From Minutocellus sp. GHC0000111 (lineage: Eukaryota), in NCBI GenBank assembly GCA_977018835.1, contig OZ361257.1, forward strand, positions 806,001 through 870,000: a stretch of DNA of 64,000 nucleotides. Reading direction: 5' to 3'. Below, in pieces: positions 33,259 through 45,910 of this stretch. Every line of letters begins with the position of its first letter. The stretch's first letter is position 1. Under the pieces are notes generated by a model. It did not search any database. It saw only the letters and a list, made by a program, of their open reading frames with translations, and had not been told where the DNA came from. Both the position numbers and the translations under genes were made by a program.

Positions 33259-34312
33259 TCAATTAATGTACTCCTCATTTCTGAATTCCATCGAACAGTA
33301 GTGAAGACTGCAAAATAATCCCAACCAACTTGAAAAGAAACCGTTGCCCGTCATGAGGAAGGGCCCTCTAAAGGTCAAAATTCCTGCTCCAAACATCCAA
33401 AGGACAGCCAACAAGGCTGCGATGCCTCTCAGCAGTTCCTTGTGGAGCTTATCATATATAACAACCAGCACGGCAATAATGGCAACGGAAAGTCCTCCGA
33501 GAGTCAAAGCAAATACACCCTCTGCACTGTGCAACCATTCAATTGAGGCAATAATCAGAACAATAGACGCCGCTACAATTCCCACGAGGTATCGGTAACG
33601 CCCTGTCAAACCTGCAGCGCGTTGTCCAGTTGCTTCGACAAGGAACGGTGCCGTCCACATAATTGATCCCCAGCAACCCAACCACTATAACAGTGTTCAC
33701 GCAAAAGGGAAGATACGATTTATGGTGAGCAATAGAGTATTGTATCAAATGCGTGCATGCAACGATAGCGAGGACTCAAGCAGGAAAATCAACATCATTT
33801 ATTTTCCATAGCCAACTTTCGCACTTACCGCTGCAAAGTAACCATTGCTCGTAATAGTATAGGGGCCAACGAACGTCATGATCAGCGCACCAACAAACCA
33901 CCAGAGGCACAGGAACACCCCAACCAAATATTCTTTGGTATTTTTGCTTCCATCGGCGAAAGTTCCAGCTTCTTCATCGAGGATTTTGCGATTCTCTATC
34001 CTGCTTTCGAACCCAGACTGTGACAGCCAGAGAGACAACGGCGACGGAAAAGGCATACTTTTGAAGATCGGTGGCATATCGACCTAATCGCATGCCCGTC
34101 ATGACGGCAATGACTACGGACGCCACTTCAATGTAAATGAGCTTCTTCGTCAGGTCGCTCATCTCCCAATACGGCCGGGCCGAAGGAGGAAGAGCTGACT
34201 TGGGCGGAGAACCCATTGGTGCAGTATTGATTGCAGCATCTTCATGCGATCTGCCATCATTCAACGAGATACCTCGCTCGTAATCGACACTACTACTGTT
34301 CCGGTCATCCAT
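33259..34312 (-). CDS. Multi-pass membrane protein with a duplicated TF.GP...GNG.F..W unit; intron 33685-33828; frameshift near 33992
   Basis: TFVGPYTITSNGYFAA|WLG and TFRGPFLMTGNGFFSSWLG. Adding one A restores DRENRKILDEE. Confidence 0.75.
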
Positions 34313-34732
34313 GTCGATGCTCGATTTCCATATTGCTTCTTGCAGTTTTTCAGTCAGACCAGTGAGGAAATTTCTACGTAGCTAGTGAACGACGTTATTC
34401 CTCAGAGCAGCCAGGCAACGCAAAGAAGAATGGAATGGGCCGATGTACTGCGGAATCGACCAAGGGTGTTCGATTGTTCATACATTCCTATGCCCTCAAC
34501 CCATTTGCCCTTCATTCATCTCAGAGCAGACAGGGTCAAGGCCAGGTGCCTCGCCGACAACGCGTTGTTTTCTCCATACTACCATGGTAGTAGTGCTGCT
34601 GCAGATCTGACACGAAAAAGGGAGGGGGATCAAAAAAGGGAGGAAAAACAACAAAAGAGCAAAAGGAGAATGAGCGAACATGCTCGCTCGCCCTCATTTT
34701 TCAAGCCTGCGTCAGCAGGCAGCAGGAGCGCA

Positions 34733-36011
34733 ATGGTGTCCATCAACCGATATCTACTGCTCCTATTGATTGCAGGGGCGGACACAACTGCCCGTGCTCT
34801 CAATGCGTTTGCTCGACCGGCCAGCAAGGTGACAGGAGCCAAAGCGGGAAGGGTTGATGCTGGACCCATTACTTTGAGTGAAATTGGGTTCGGTACTTGG
34901 TCCTGGGGAAATAAGCTGTTGTGGGACTATGATCCATCGCAAGACGAGGAGATATACCAGAGTTACAAGTGCCTACGGGATCGTGGCGTTTCTGTGTTTG
35001 ACACTGCAGACTCGTGTGGAACCCTGCAGCTGAACGGCCGAGCCGAAATTTTGCTCGGCAGCTTTGAGCGGAGGTATCAGTCGGAGCTAGCACAACAAGA
35101 GCGTGCCGATGATGGAGGTCTACTTGGTGGGCTCTTCTCTCCCAAGCCGTACACCCCCCCACCGCAGCAAGTTGCCACAAAGTTCGCACCGTATCCTTGG
35201 CGAGTTTCGAGGAAAAGCATGGTAAAAGCCGCGCGCGAATCGCTGGAAAGATTGGAGCAGGAGAAGCTTTCCATCGCACAGCTGCATTGGAGCACGGGTG
35301 AGTTGATTTAAAGGAGGCGACACCCCATTAGCATGGCCAGTTGCATGTATGTATTTATATTGTCAGTGTCAAATCTAATCGTTCCGTTTTCCTTTTCTTT
35401 GCATACTGGCAGCCAAGTACCAGCCATTTCAAGAACGAGCCCTGTGGGAAGGCATTGCCGACGTTTATGACGAGGGCTTGTGTGATGCAGTTGGCGTGTC
35501 AAATTATGGCCCCAAGCAATTGTCCAAAATCGCGGCTTATTTGAAGGAGAGAAATGTTCCGCTGGCCACGGCACAAGTACAATATTCACTCATGACATAC
35601 AAGGACTCTTTGGCTGTGAAAGATGCGTGTGATGAAGCGGATTGTCGCTTGATCTCGTATTCGCCATTGTGCCTCGGACTTCTTACGGGCAAATACAACT
35701 TGGACAATCTGCCCCGTCAGGGCAACCCGAGGAGACAGTTGTTTCGAGAACTGCTACCCGGGGCCCAGCCACTACTAAATACTCTTGAGGCTGTTGCACT
35801 TGATGCGGGTAAGACGCAAAGCCAGGTTGCCATCAACTGGGCAATATGCAAGGGCGGCGTGCCTATACCGGGAGTGCGGACAGTAGAAATGGCGGAAGAA
35901 AATCTGGGGGCTATAGGTTGGCGACTATCAAATGGAGCAGTCGATGAGCTTGATGCAGCAGCTCTGAAGGTATCAAAACCAATGATACAGAATGTATTTC
36001 AGACATCCTAA
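34733..36011 (+). CDS. Aldo-keto reductase, pyridoxal reductase-like, predicted plastid; intron 35298-35412
   Basis: GFGTWSWGN, FDTADSCG, VATKFAPYPWR, QLHWS|TAKYQP, AVGVSNYG, YSPLCLGLLTGKY; signal followed by NA-FA. Confidence 0.9.
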
Positions 36012-36518
36012 ATAAAGTCGCGATCCAATCTCATCTTCTCAAATTCTGCTAATCGTCAGGCGAATTAAAAAACAACTACGTACTCTAAAAAATGCATGCC
36101 AGTATCTCCTTTTGATATTAATAATATTCTTTTGTTGCTTATATTGCTAATTTTATCATAGTCTTTCTTCTTGCTCGCGTGACATCGCCCGTGCATTACC
36201 CACGGAGCGCAATGCGCATGTCTCGTTGTTCGATTGGTATTAGTGGTCTCGAGAAGGTGAATCCACCAGCCCCGGTAACCACGTATGCTACGATTGGCAC
36301 TGTTCCGCACAAGCCAAAAGATATTCCCAAATTAATTAAATCGAACCTCGACACTGCAATGGTTCCTTTGATGCGCGGGGACGGACAGGAATTGCTCATT
36401 ATCTCAATTCAACGACATTCATTACCCAAATAAAATATCAAAATTGATCATTCCAGAAAGTTGGATGATCCGGTGGGATTTTTAGCGTTTGTACTTCATG
36501 CAGCGATATGCATCTTCA

Positions 36519-38552
36519 TTAAAACGGCCGACGAAAGCCCAAGTCGCAGGGCTGGAGTGCAGGTTTGGATGCGACGCAGTACCTCTCTCTCCTTCTATAT
36601 GGATCGACAATGCACTGCAGATCACCCTCTCTAGCATCCCTCTGCGCACTGTGCAGCGCGAGGACGACCGGCTCTATTTCACTGAGTCGGTAGCTAGAGT
36701 AGTACTCAAGAGTCTTGTTCCAAATCTTGGATTCCCAAAGTCGCTCTAGCGAGGTATACGGCGGCAGCTGTAATCAAGCAGGCAGGCGTTTCGACGAATC
36801 TGACGTCCAGCAGTGATAATTCGAGGAGATAGTTGACCATCTGCTCCTAGATAGGGTTCCGAGGAGAGGGGGTGGCGCGTCCCGCCGTGGCATCGCTAGC
36901 CCGTAGGTACCGATCGATGAACTGGTACGGCGTTGGAGTCTGCAACCGAAACTCGAGAAGCTCGCAGATCTTGGCCTCCATATCCTTGATCTGACCGGCC
37001 GTGTACGTCCCATCGGTCATGTAGGCCAAGTCCTTGATGGTCACTGGCTGAGTTTCCTCGAGCTTGGATGCGATGAGCATGCAGGCACTGAAATGGATGT
37101 AAAAGGAAATGTTTTTGAGTTAGATAAAATAGAAGCGATGAACAAGTGCGAAAAAGAGTGACTGGACCGTTTCTACTTTTCCTCTCATCTTCCCAAAAAC
37201 TCACCAACCCAGGCATTGAAACATTTTCTTCTCCAAATCCCAGTGGCAGAGGACCCGGTCCAGTAGCTTTACACTCAGATGCAGAGTGTTGTCGGCCAAC
37301 TTGAACGAATGCTTCAGCTCGGCAAGCCAATCGACGAGGATTCCTCGCATAACGACGCTGATCTCACTCTGGTGAGGTAGTCGGACACTCCTCGTGCTCG
37401 ATGTACTGCCGTGGCTGTCATTGCTGTGCTCTCCCGATCCGCCGTAGATGTTCATGATGTTGAGGGGAGTCTGGCCCCTCCTGTGAAGGTCGGACAGAGC
37501 CTGCTGATGACGGATGGAGGAATCGGACAGATTCCGGTAGTAATCCCGTCCGTACTGGGCCAGGTAGGCGGTCGAGGTGTCGTTGGAGTAGGGTTCGGCC
37601 GGGTGGTACGGGAGGGGATTAGCACGTACGTGCATGTGATGGATGGCCAGCAGGTCCAGATCGACCACACCCTCGGGCGGGGGCGGTATTGGTGATGAGT
37701 CTGGCGGACACCATGCTGGGTACCCTCCTCGGCATGGTGTGCCTTGTCGGAATAAATGCTCACGTCCTTGCCCGTATGGGATCCGGTGGGCGTCATCAGA
37801 TCCGAAGAGGCATATCCTGCGGCGGCATCGCCGTGCTCGGACTCCACCCGCAGGGCCTCCTTGACTGCGGCGCCCTCGATGGGAGAGTGGTCCGACCCAG
37901 GAGACTCTAGCCCATCCTTGACGGCAGATGCCGAGGGAGGAACACCTCCCAAACCGATGGGACCACCAATGGGAGATGGTGTGACGGAGTTGCACTGCTG
38001 CGACTGTTGGGGCTGCTTCTGCGGCGGTGCGGGGGGCTGGCGGGTGTTGGCGGTCCGGCGCTTCTCCATGGCGGCACTGGCGGCACTTGTCGTGGTGGAG
38101 GCAGAGTCATCGCCGCTCGATTGCTTCCGCCTCTTGCTCGTCCGTTTGGCGGGTGACGGGGCAGCAGCCGACGCGATGGTCCCCGACCGTTGCTGCATCG
38201 TTGCAGCTCCAGCCTGCGCCGTAGTCGCTGCGCTGGTCTTGCGCTTGTTGGTTTGTCTCGCCCGGCCTCTGCCCTTCTTGGTGGAGGCCGAAGGAGAGAA
38301 CAGGTCCGGTGGAATGTTGTGCGTCATCTTGGGCTTGGCCTTGGCCTTGGCAGATGTTGTTGCCGAAGCTACCGTCCTGCGAGATGTCGGTGCCTTGGAA
38401 GAGGGAGCAGATGTTGCCGCCATGCTATTGCCGTGTTCGACGTCCCTACCACCATTGCTGAGGCGGGACGATCGGCGAACACTGGTGGTACTTGTAGTCT
38501 GCTGGCCGCCAACCCCTCGGCGGCCGGACGAGTTCATACTGCTGCTGTTCAT
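36519..38552 (-). CDS. Cyclin (A/B-like or diatom-specific); intron 37088-37204; frameshifts near 37680 and 36730, in-frame TAG at 36847-36849
   Basis: MRGILVDWLAEL, LHLSVKLLDR, spliced GCACMLIASKLEE, YLLELSLL, AAAVYLARATLG, WNKTLEYYS, DLGF. Confidence 0.88.
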
Positions 38553-39259
38553 GGTTGCGTTGTCGGCACGTGTTGTGCTTGCTTATATTTGACGATCCAG
38601 CCCAAACCGAACAACAATACTGGAAGAATGAGACCTCCCTCTGTTCAACGCCCGCACCAAAATCGACCTGGATCGACGATTTTTATGCACCAATCGCATC
38701 GAAATGGATGGCAAGGGAGGTGTGAGTGGGAAGGTGTGTTTGTGCGAGATATTTTTGTGTAACGTGCCGATATCATAACCCGATGCGGTTGGAACATGGA
38801 GGAGAATGAAGGGGTTGGCCAGCCACTTGAACCAAAGAGAGCAAAGATACTTACCTCGCGCGTTCCCTCGCGGTCTTTTTTGGATCTATTTGGGATGTGA
38901 GCGGTGCAGATGATGTGTTCTTATTCAACGCAATGACAGGTGGTCAGCAAGGGTGTGTGGCGGCATTGAAACGATCTGATGAAGAAAAGGTGCAAGAATC
39001 GGGGGGAACAATCTGGGGCAAGGACGAGAGGCAAGGCAGGCGCGTGAAATTTGATTTGAATTTTTGTGCTTGCTTCTCTCCCGTTACCAAAAAAGGCGGG
39101 AGAAAATTGGAGCGGCGCTGCCGGCTCGTTGCTGGGGTGAAAGAATTCGATGCCCCTCTATTCCGATCCCGATATATATTTTTTCCTGTCTGCCCCCAAA
39201 TCTGAGGTAAGGAGCAAGAAAAAAAAGCGGTATCATCACAACATGCTCTATTAGCAACC

Positions 39260-40020
39260 ATGTCCCTCGTCAGCGTTGCCATCGTCTCCAAGGACAATAA
39301 ACCTCTCTACCTCAAGGATTTCAGAGGCTCGAGAGACATAACCGAAAGCGATGAGTTTATGTCCGTCGACATGTTCGATCTCGCACGGGAGGCGTCCAAT
39401 AGTGTGTCGCAATCGGCGCCGGCGTCTTCTCCGGCCAGCGATGGTACCGGTGCCGGTGCCGGTGGTAGCACCGTCCCTCTGGATGCGGAAATCGGAAAAT
39501 CGTGTTCGATAGATCAACAATTCATCCTGCATTCGGCGCTGGACCGACTGGAACAATTGATGGAACCGAATGGCCTGGGAGCGGCATGGAGATATGGGCG
39601 GAACAACCAACTTGGAAACGAGGCCATGTTTGTCGGCCTTATCGGGCATGTCGATGATCTGAGGTTGTATGCCTACATCACAACCACCAAAATCAAAATA
39701 ATTGTGGCTTGCGAAGATGCGTTTCTCCCTGGTCAGGCCGATCAGGGTAGAGCCCACGACGTAGCCCTCAAGAACCTTATGGTAAGTGACTTGTTGTACA
39801 ATATTGGAAACCGGAGCACTCTTGGACTCCCTCCTCATGTTCCTTTGTCTTCCTTCAAACACTCCAAAAATAGATCAAAATACATAGCCTCTACACTGAA
39901 TATATTGCCAATCCATTCACCGACATCCATGCGAATACAATCAAAAGTTCAAGATTCGATAATGGACTAACTGCGAATGTAAATGCTTTCAACAGAAACC
40001 CGGCTTTGACGATGCGGTGA
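39260..40020 (+). CDS. TRAPPC2L: TRAPP complex subunit 2-like (sedlin family); intron 39782-39873
   Basis: VAIVSKDNKPLYL, QFILHSALD, LYAYITTTKIKII, spliced IHSLYTEYIANPF. Confidence 0.88.
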
Positions 40021-40261
40021 ATTTTGCACCGGTAGTGCTTTCAATGCTACGCAGTAGATAGCACGCTCTTATTTGGACGGAGTACCGGTAACGCATTATT
40101 CGAAAAGTTGCAAAACAAGATACTACGCAGTACTATAAAATTCAACATATCTAGTTTGTTTGTTCAGTACATGATTCATTCAAATTCAGCTCCAATTCCG
40201 GTGTCAGGCAATTCCCCATAATTTATGTGCCCGATCATTAAAAACAAATGAAATGGATGCA

Positions 40262-41479
40262 TTATTCAAATATGGTTGAAGCATCGCCTTCAACCTCGGC
40301 TTCTGTCGAGGCTTCCTCTCCATCCTCCTCCGGAAGCTCGGCCAGAGTGGCAAGGGACATGGCCGCTCTCACGTCATTCTCGATCCGCTTGGCAAGGTCG
40401 GCATCCTCCTTCAACACCTCGACGCCGTTCAATCGGCCCTGGGCAAAGTTGGTGTCGACGTACGAGTACCACGATCCTCTCCGAACGACCACGTCGCACT
40501 CCACGGCTGCATCGAGGAGGCATCCCATCCGATCGATGCCACTTCCAAAATTAATGTCCAAAAACGTCTCCCGGAAGGGAGGGGCGATCTTGTTCTTGAC
40601 CACCTTGGCACGGATTCGAATTCCAACGTTGTCGGGCAACACATCTCTGCGGCGGGTATCAATCCGCACCGAGGAATAGAACTTGAGCGCATTGCCACCG
40701 GCCGTCACCTCGGGAGAGCCGTAGATGACGCCAACCTTGGAACGAAGCTGGTTGAGGAAGATGATGGAGCACTGGCTCAGGGCCAGCGAACCGACGATCT
40801 TCCGCATGGCCTTGGACATGAGACGAGCCTGCAATCCAATCTGCTGGTCGGACATGTCGCCCTCCAGCTCGGCGCGGGGGACCAGGGCGGCAACGCTGTC
40901 CACCACGATGACATCGACGGCGGCACTTCGGACGAGGCGATCAACAATGTCCAGAGCCATCTCACCCGAGTCGGGCTGCGACACGTACAGAGCGTCGGTG
41001 TCCACACCCAAGCCGGCAGCGTACGTGGGGTCAAGGGCATGCTCGGCATCGATAAAAGCGGCAATACCACCGCTGGCCTGACATTCGGCAATGGCGTGGA
41101 GGGCCAGGGTTGTCTTGCCGCTGCTTTCAGGTCCATAAATCTCCACCACACGACCCTTTGGATATCCACCGCCCAGGGCAGCATCGAGGGTGAGGGCGCC
41201 GGACGAGATGGTTTCCACCCGCAGAGAGGCCGGGTCGTCCCCCAAACGCACCACCGACCCACGGCCGTAGTTCCGCTCAATCTGCGACAGCACGCCATCC
41301 AGCGCCGCTCGCTTGGCTGGATTATTCTCGGCGTCGGCAGCAGCGGCATCCTCGGGCGCCTTCTCCTTTGCCGCAGCGAGGGAGGAGCTGGTCGCAGCAG
41401 ACTTGGGGCCCGGGACGAATCCCAGAACTGGCTGCGATACCAGCGGTATCAGCGCGATAAGGGCGGCACTTGTCCTCAT
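40262..41479 (-). CDS. recA: Plastid-targeted RecA recombinase
   Basis: [51 protein letters not shown]; signal followed by G-FVP. Confidence 0.96.
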   Translation of the reverse strand: MRTSAALIALIPLVSQPVLGFVPGPKSAATSSSLAAAKEKAPEDAAAADAENNPAKRAALDGVLSQIERNYGRGSVVRLGDDPASLRVETISSGALTLDAALGGGYPKGRVVEIYGPESSGKTTLALHAIAECQASGGIAAFIDAEHALDPTYAAGLGVDTDALYVSQPDSGEMALDIVDRLVRSAAVDVIVVDSVAALVPRAELEGDMSDQQIGLQARLMSKAMRKIVGSLALSQCSIIFLNQLRSKVGVIYGSPEVTAGGNALKFYSSVRIDTRRRDVLPDNVGIRIRAKVVKNKIAPPFRETFLDINFGSGIDRMGCLLDAAVECDVVVRRGSWYSYVDTNFAQGRLNGVEVLKEDADLAKRIENDVRAAMSLATLAELPEEDGEEASTEAEVEGDASTIFE

Positions 41480-41623
41480 GGTGGTACGGCACTTTTGCTC
41501 AAGATGTGTGGTTACGGTTGTCAGTTTTTTCTTTCGTGGACTCACCTTCCAAATGACGATTGAGTGACGACCGACGGAAAGCGCCAGGCCATTTTATTTT
41601 CAAAGCCACAACAACATTGAAAC

Positions 41624-42445
41624 ATGGTCGCAGGCGAGGAAGATACTACCGCCGCCGGCGACGACGACAAGGGGGGCGAGAAGCAGCAGCTGCTGAGCAT
41701 CTCGCTCGAGACCAAGATGCCCCCCGACGTGGTGGCCGCCGTCCTGGCCACCAAAAGCAGCAGCTCCTCTGTCGAAGCTGTGGCTGACGACGAAATTCGA
41801 AAGATCGAAAAAGTTGAAAGTAAGATCGAGACAGAGGAGGAGACCGAGGAGGAGATTGCCAAGGAGGAGGAAGAGGAACAGCGCAACGCCGTGGACGAAT
41901 CCTTGACCATCAGCATGCTCGCCGATGAGGACCGTGAAAGCGAAAAGTCCCCTCGTGACGATGACGGTGACGACACCAAGGCGAAGGAGGAAAAGTCGCG
42001 GCCTACATTCGCGACAAAAGTGCACAGAGACGACGAAAGGGCCAGGATCGACGATTGGGTTGCCGCTGTCAAGCAACAGAATTACCAGGGCGACTCCTCG
42101 GTGGTGTACTACGACGAGACGATGCCGAGTCTGGACGATCTGCTGGCAGCGAGGGAGGGTTGGTCGCAGGGATTCCTCGAGGAGGCGCTGACCACAAACA
42201 ACACGACGACGAGCAGTACCAGTAGCAGTAGTACCACCATCGATCCTGATTTGGACCTGACGTTTGAGGAATATGCCGAAGTCATCTGCGCGTTGTTGGG
42301 CGTTCCCATCTACAAGGCCAAGGATGGCAAGACGAGCAACCGTAGTCTCATCCAGAGCCTACATTTGGCAATGTTGCTGTACATTGAGGTGGACGAGGAG
42401 GCGCAGCAGCAGCACGCAGCCGAGCAGGATAATGATATCTTCTAA
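41624..42445 (+). CDS. IFT46: Intraflagellar transport protein 46-like
   Basis: IDDWVAAV..VYY..MPSLDDLL..W and DLDLTFEEYAEVICALLGVPIY..LIQSLHL match the IFT46 C-terminal domain as I recall it. Confidence 0.75.
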   Translation: MVAGEEDTTAAGDDDKGGEKQQLLSISLETKMPPDVVAAVLATKSSSSSVEAVADDEIRKIEKVESKIETEEETEEEIAKEEEEEQRNAVDESLTISMLADEDRESEKSPRDDDGDDTKAKEEKSRPTFATKVHRDDERARIDDWVAAVKQQNYQGDSSVVYYDETMPSLDDLLAAREGWSQGFLEEALTTNNTTTSSTSSSSTTIDPDLDLTFEEYAEVICALLGVPIYKAKDGKTSNRSLIQSLHLAMLLYIEVDEEAQQQHAAEQDNDIF

Positions 42446-42569
42446 GATAGGATCAATGGGTATATATTTCACAACATCTTTTTACTTTGTCAAAATATTG
42501 CGATTCATAAAGCTACTTCACAGGGCGACGCACGTGCCGCGGGAGGACTTCTCTTCTTCATTCAATTAT

Positions 42570-43545
42570 TTACTTTCTCAACTTGAGGAGCAAACTCTTG
42601 TTGCCCTTGATCTTCTTTTGAAGCTGGATAAGTCCAAAGAGCAACGCCTCGGCGGTCGGGGGACAACCGGGGACGTAAATATCGACGGGAACGATCCGAT
42701 CGCATCCTCTGACAACAGCATAGGAGTAGTGGTAATATCCGCCACCGTTGGCACAGGACCCCATACTGACGACCCACCGCGGCTCCGGCATCTGATCGTA
42801 CACCTTGCGCAGGGCCGGGGCCATCTTATTGGTCAACGTACCGGCCACGATCATCACATCCGACTGACGAGGACTGGCACGGAACACCATACCGAAACGC
42901 TCCATGTCGTATCGGGAGGCGGCCGCGTGCATCATCTCGACGGCGCAGCAGGCCAGGCCAAAGGTCATGGGCCAGAGGGAGCCCTTCCGGGCCCAGTTGA
43001 CCAAGTCGTCGACGCGGGAAACCGTGTACTCGACGCTGTTGTCGACGGGAACTCCGCCGGTTCCGGTGAGCATCTCGTCCACCCCATCGAGGCGGGTTAG
43101 CTGCAATACCAAGGCAAGTAAAAAGTCAAGTCAAGTTACCGAATTCACCGGGAAAAAAAACAAGCGAAAGAGCGACCCAAGGAAAAGAGAGTAGCCAGAC
43201 AGACCAGTCGAATGTATTGATGCAAGATACGCCGTTTTCCCAAGATACCACAAACATAATTTCCGATCGAGCAGCGCAAGGCGTTGAAGGGAGAGGAGAG
43301 ATGATGAAAGAGGGTTGGGTCAGAGAGTTGACTGTTGCGAAGGGCAGTAGAATTCCAGTACAAAATAACCCACACGAACAACGGAATTGGCCACCAATCG
43401 ATCTCTGGTGTTGCGAGGGGTCAGGAGGCAGACTCACCGAAGAGGTGACGGATTCCGCCGATCCGGCCTTGGTCCTTCGAGCGAAGGACGTGGCCATGAG
43501 GTTGGCCGGTCGCCTAGCGGCGCACGTTCGCAGAGAGCCGAGCAT
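42570..43545 (-). CDS. NDUFS7: NADH:ubiquinone oxidoreductase PSST subunit; intron 43101-43437
   Basis: [46 protein letters not shown]; mitochondrial presequence in exon 1. Confidence 0.97.
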
Positions 43546-43681
43546 GGTTTCACTGCACGTCGGGCAGGAGCAGTGAGGTGGACAGCAGAAAGCCAGGCAG
43601 AAGCATACTTCCGGGTCTTTTGTTGCAATTCATCTTGCGGCCTCGCTCGCTCATTCATGTTGAACTCAAAAAATCAACAAC

Positions 43682-45124
43682 ATGATGATGGCTTCGGCAG
43701 CTTCTTCTCGCCGCCACGGCCTTCTACGGAGGTCGCCGATCCATCTGCGCTTCCTCTTGGTCCTTGCAATTAAGCTCTTACTAATTGAAGGATCAGAATC
43801 CTTCGCCATCACGGAACGTTCGTGGCAATACAAGTGAGTGAATAAAAAAATTTTGCTCTCGCGTGCGTGTATCTGCGTCTAGCTAGCTGCTTTGTAGACA
43901 GTGAACTCAACTACTTTCTGATCGTCCCCTCCACATTTGTGCAGAGGCCATCACATTGGATACGAAGATTGTCGAAGGAAGCAAGATGATGCTGTTGCTA
44001 CCGTAGCTCCGACTTCCACTGCTACAATCGATGATTCATCTCTATCCACCGACAACGATGATGCATCTGATGTTGCTACAATTGCTTCTACTAGTATCCC
44101 AACGACTTTTGCCAGTGATGATGAAACTCCAGTGCTACTTCTCAATGGCTTTGGCGTTGGTACATTCCACCAGCACCGATTGATGCCCAAACTGTTGGAT
44201 GGATCAGATGGCAATCGAGTTGTTTACGGTATCGACTACCTTGGACAAGGCCGTTCGTGGCCAATAGACTGCAAGGATGGGGAATCCGAAAGTGAACGTG
44301 GACTGAGGTATTGTATCAATACGTGGGCCGATCAGGTGATTGAATTTATTGAAGAAGTTATATTGCCGGAGCATACCAATGCCAAAAAGATTCATTTGGT
44401 TGGAAACAGTGTGGGGGGGTATCTGTCTGTGGTACTGGCCTCGAAGCGTCCCGATTTGATCGATAGCATCTGTCTGCTCAATGCCACACCGGTATGGGGC
44501 CTCAATGCACCTGGCTGGTCGGGTGCGTTGCCGGCACCATTCCTTCCCAAACGGATTGGAAGGTTCTTGTTCGATCGCATTCGGGATTTCAAGACCATTG
44601 AAAAGTTTCTCGACGAGACATATTCCAATCGACTCGCTTTTGACGATGAACTTATGAAGAGAATACGAGGAATGACCGAGGGGCCTGGAGGACATGCCGC
44701 CTTTGCGTCAATTTTGTGGTCGTCTCCTGCCCAGTTCGATTCGGAGGGGTCCACTGATTTCTATGGTTCTTTGGAAAAGTTGGATTGCGATGTTTTGTTG
44801 GTATTTGGAAAGGACGATCCGTGGTGTAAACCGGCATTTGCTAAGCGTATGTGCGAATGCTTGAGGAAGAGATCTGATCATATCCATAGATATGTGGAGG
44901 TGGAAAATGCCGGTCATTGTCCCAATCACGAGGCTCCTTCTGCAACAGCGGCCATTGTCAATCGATGGTTGAAGGCCGATGAGGGCGCAAGAGGTTTGGT
45001 GCAGCTTGTGGACGGTAGTACAGAAGAATTCAAGGAGGCGTGGGGAATCAATTACATCCGAGAGGTTGGGGCAGATGAAATATCCCTGGGCGTGTTTGAC
45101 CGAATCATTACCAAGTTTATTTGA
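43682..45124 (+). CDS. Alpha/beta hydrolase, predicted plastid; intron 43834-43944
   Basis: LNGFGVG, IDYLGQGRS, GNSVGG nucleophile elbow, GKDDPW, AGHCPNHE. Exon 1 has a signal plus ES-FA and splices to WQYKGHHIGY. Confidence 0.9.
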
Positions 45125-45225
45125 TGTGAAAGGTATCTAGCTAGCCAAGCAGGACACATATTCCTCCTTCTCTGGTAGCTCTCTGCATTTATTTGGGAAC
45201 CCATCAGAGTTTTCGAATTATTCAA

Positions 45226-45775
45226 TTAGCAAAAAGCCTGCGTGTTCCTAATTTCCTTTCCATGGAGCTTGCCTTCTGTCGGCGCGAGGTAACCTGCCAC
45301 GGCCTCCTTGACTAGATCATTCGCCTCTGGACCAAGTTGGCTCCAGGTGTACCAGCTTGTATCTTCATTCGCCCCAAAGAGCTTCTCTGGATCCTCGCCG
45401 TTGAATACCCACAAGCCCTCAATCTCCAATCCCTCTCCCAATACATGTACCACGCCAAAACAGTGGTCCTTGATAGACTCTGTCTTGGACATGAATTCCT
45501 TTACAATGCCAATGGTATCTTCCAAGTTCTCGTTTGAGTCGGCTTCGTCGTACACCATGGACCAAATCGACGTCGACTTTGGGTCATAGACGGACCAAAA
45601 CTGTTGCATAAGAGCCTCGTCCTTGCTGGTTTTTGGAAGAATATGTTGCCTTCCATGCCGCCATGTCGATGCCATCGCCCCCCGTGAAGTCACTGGGAGG
45701 AGGACCCGATCCCACGAGAGATTTCATGAAGCTGCGCGCCTCAACTTTGACTTCTTCTGGTTGTTCCTCGGCCAT
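45226..45775 (-). CDS. Stand-alone EF1-gamma C-terminal domain protein; frameshift in an A5 run near 45632
   Basis: IDMAAWKATYS then FWSVYDP..SIW..Y, HCFGVVHVLG, IEGLWVFNG, YTWSQL. Confidence 0.75.
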
Positions 45776-45910
45776 TGTTGCAATACGAGCACGAAGTATG
45801 CGAGAGAAATTTGTGGTGGTGGTTTCCATTCCATATCATGCTTTGTCATTCAGAACTTGGGCGGTGTCAGGGAAAATCCGATCCAACACAACGTCATCGC
45901 CCCTTCAACG

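Noticed and set aside
36150..36433. Short hydrophobic ORF between the AKR and cyclin genes
   Set aside because: Only 67 aa with no recognisable family; could be a relic but is unsupported.
40262..41479. recA and Mini-III as bacterial contamination
   Set aside because: Both have eukaryotic bipartite presequences and sit among intron-containing genes.
43101..43437. Unusually long NDUFS7 intron as a snoRNA host
   Set aside because: I found no convincing C/D or H/ACA box arrangement by eye; a covariance-model search would be needed.
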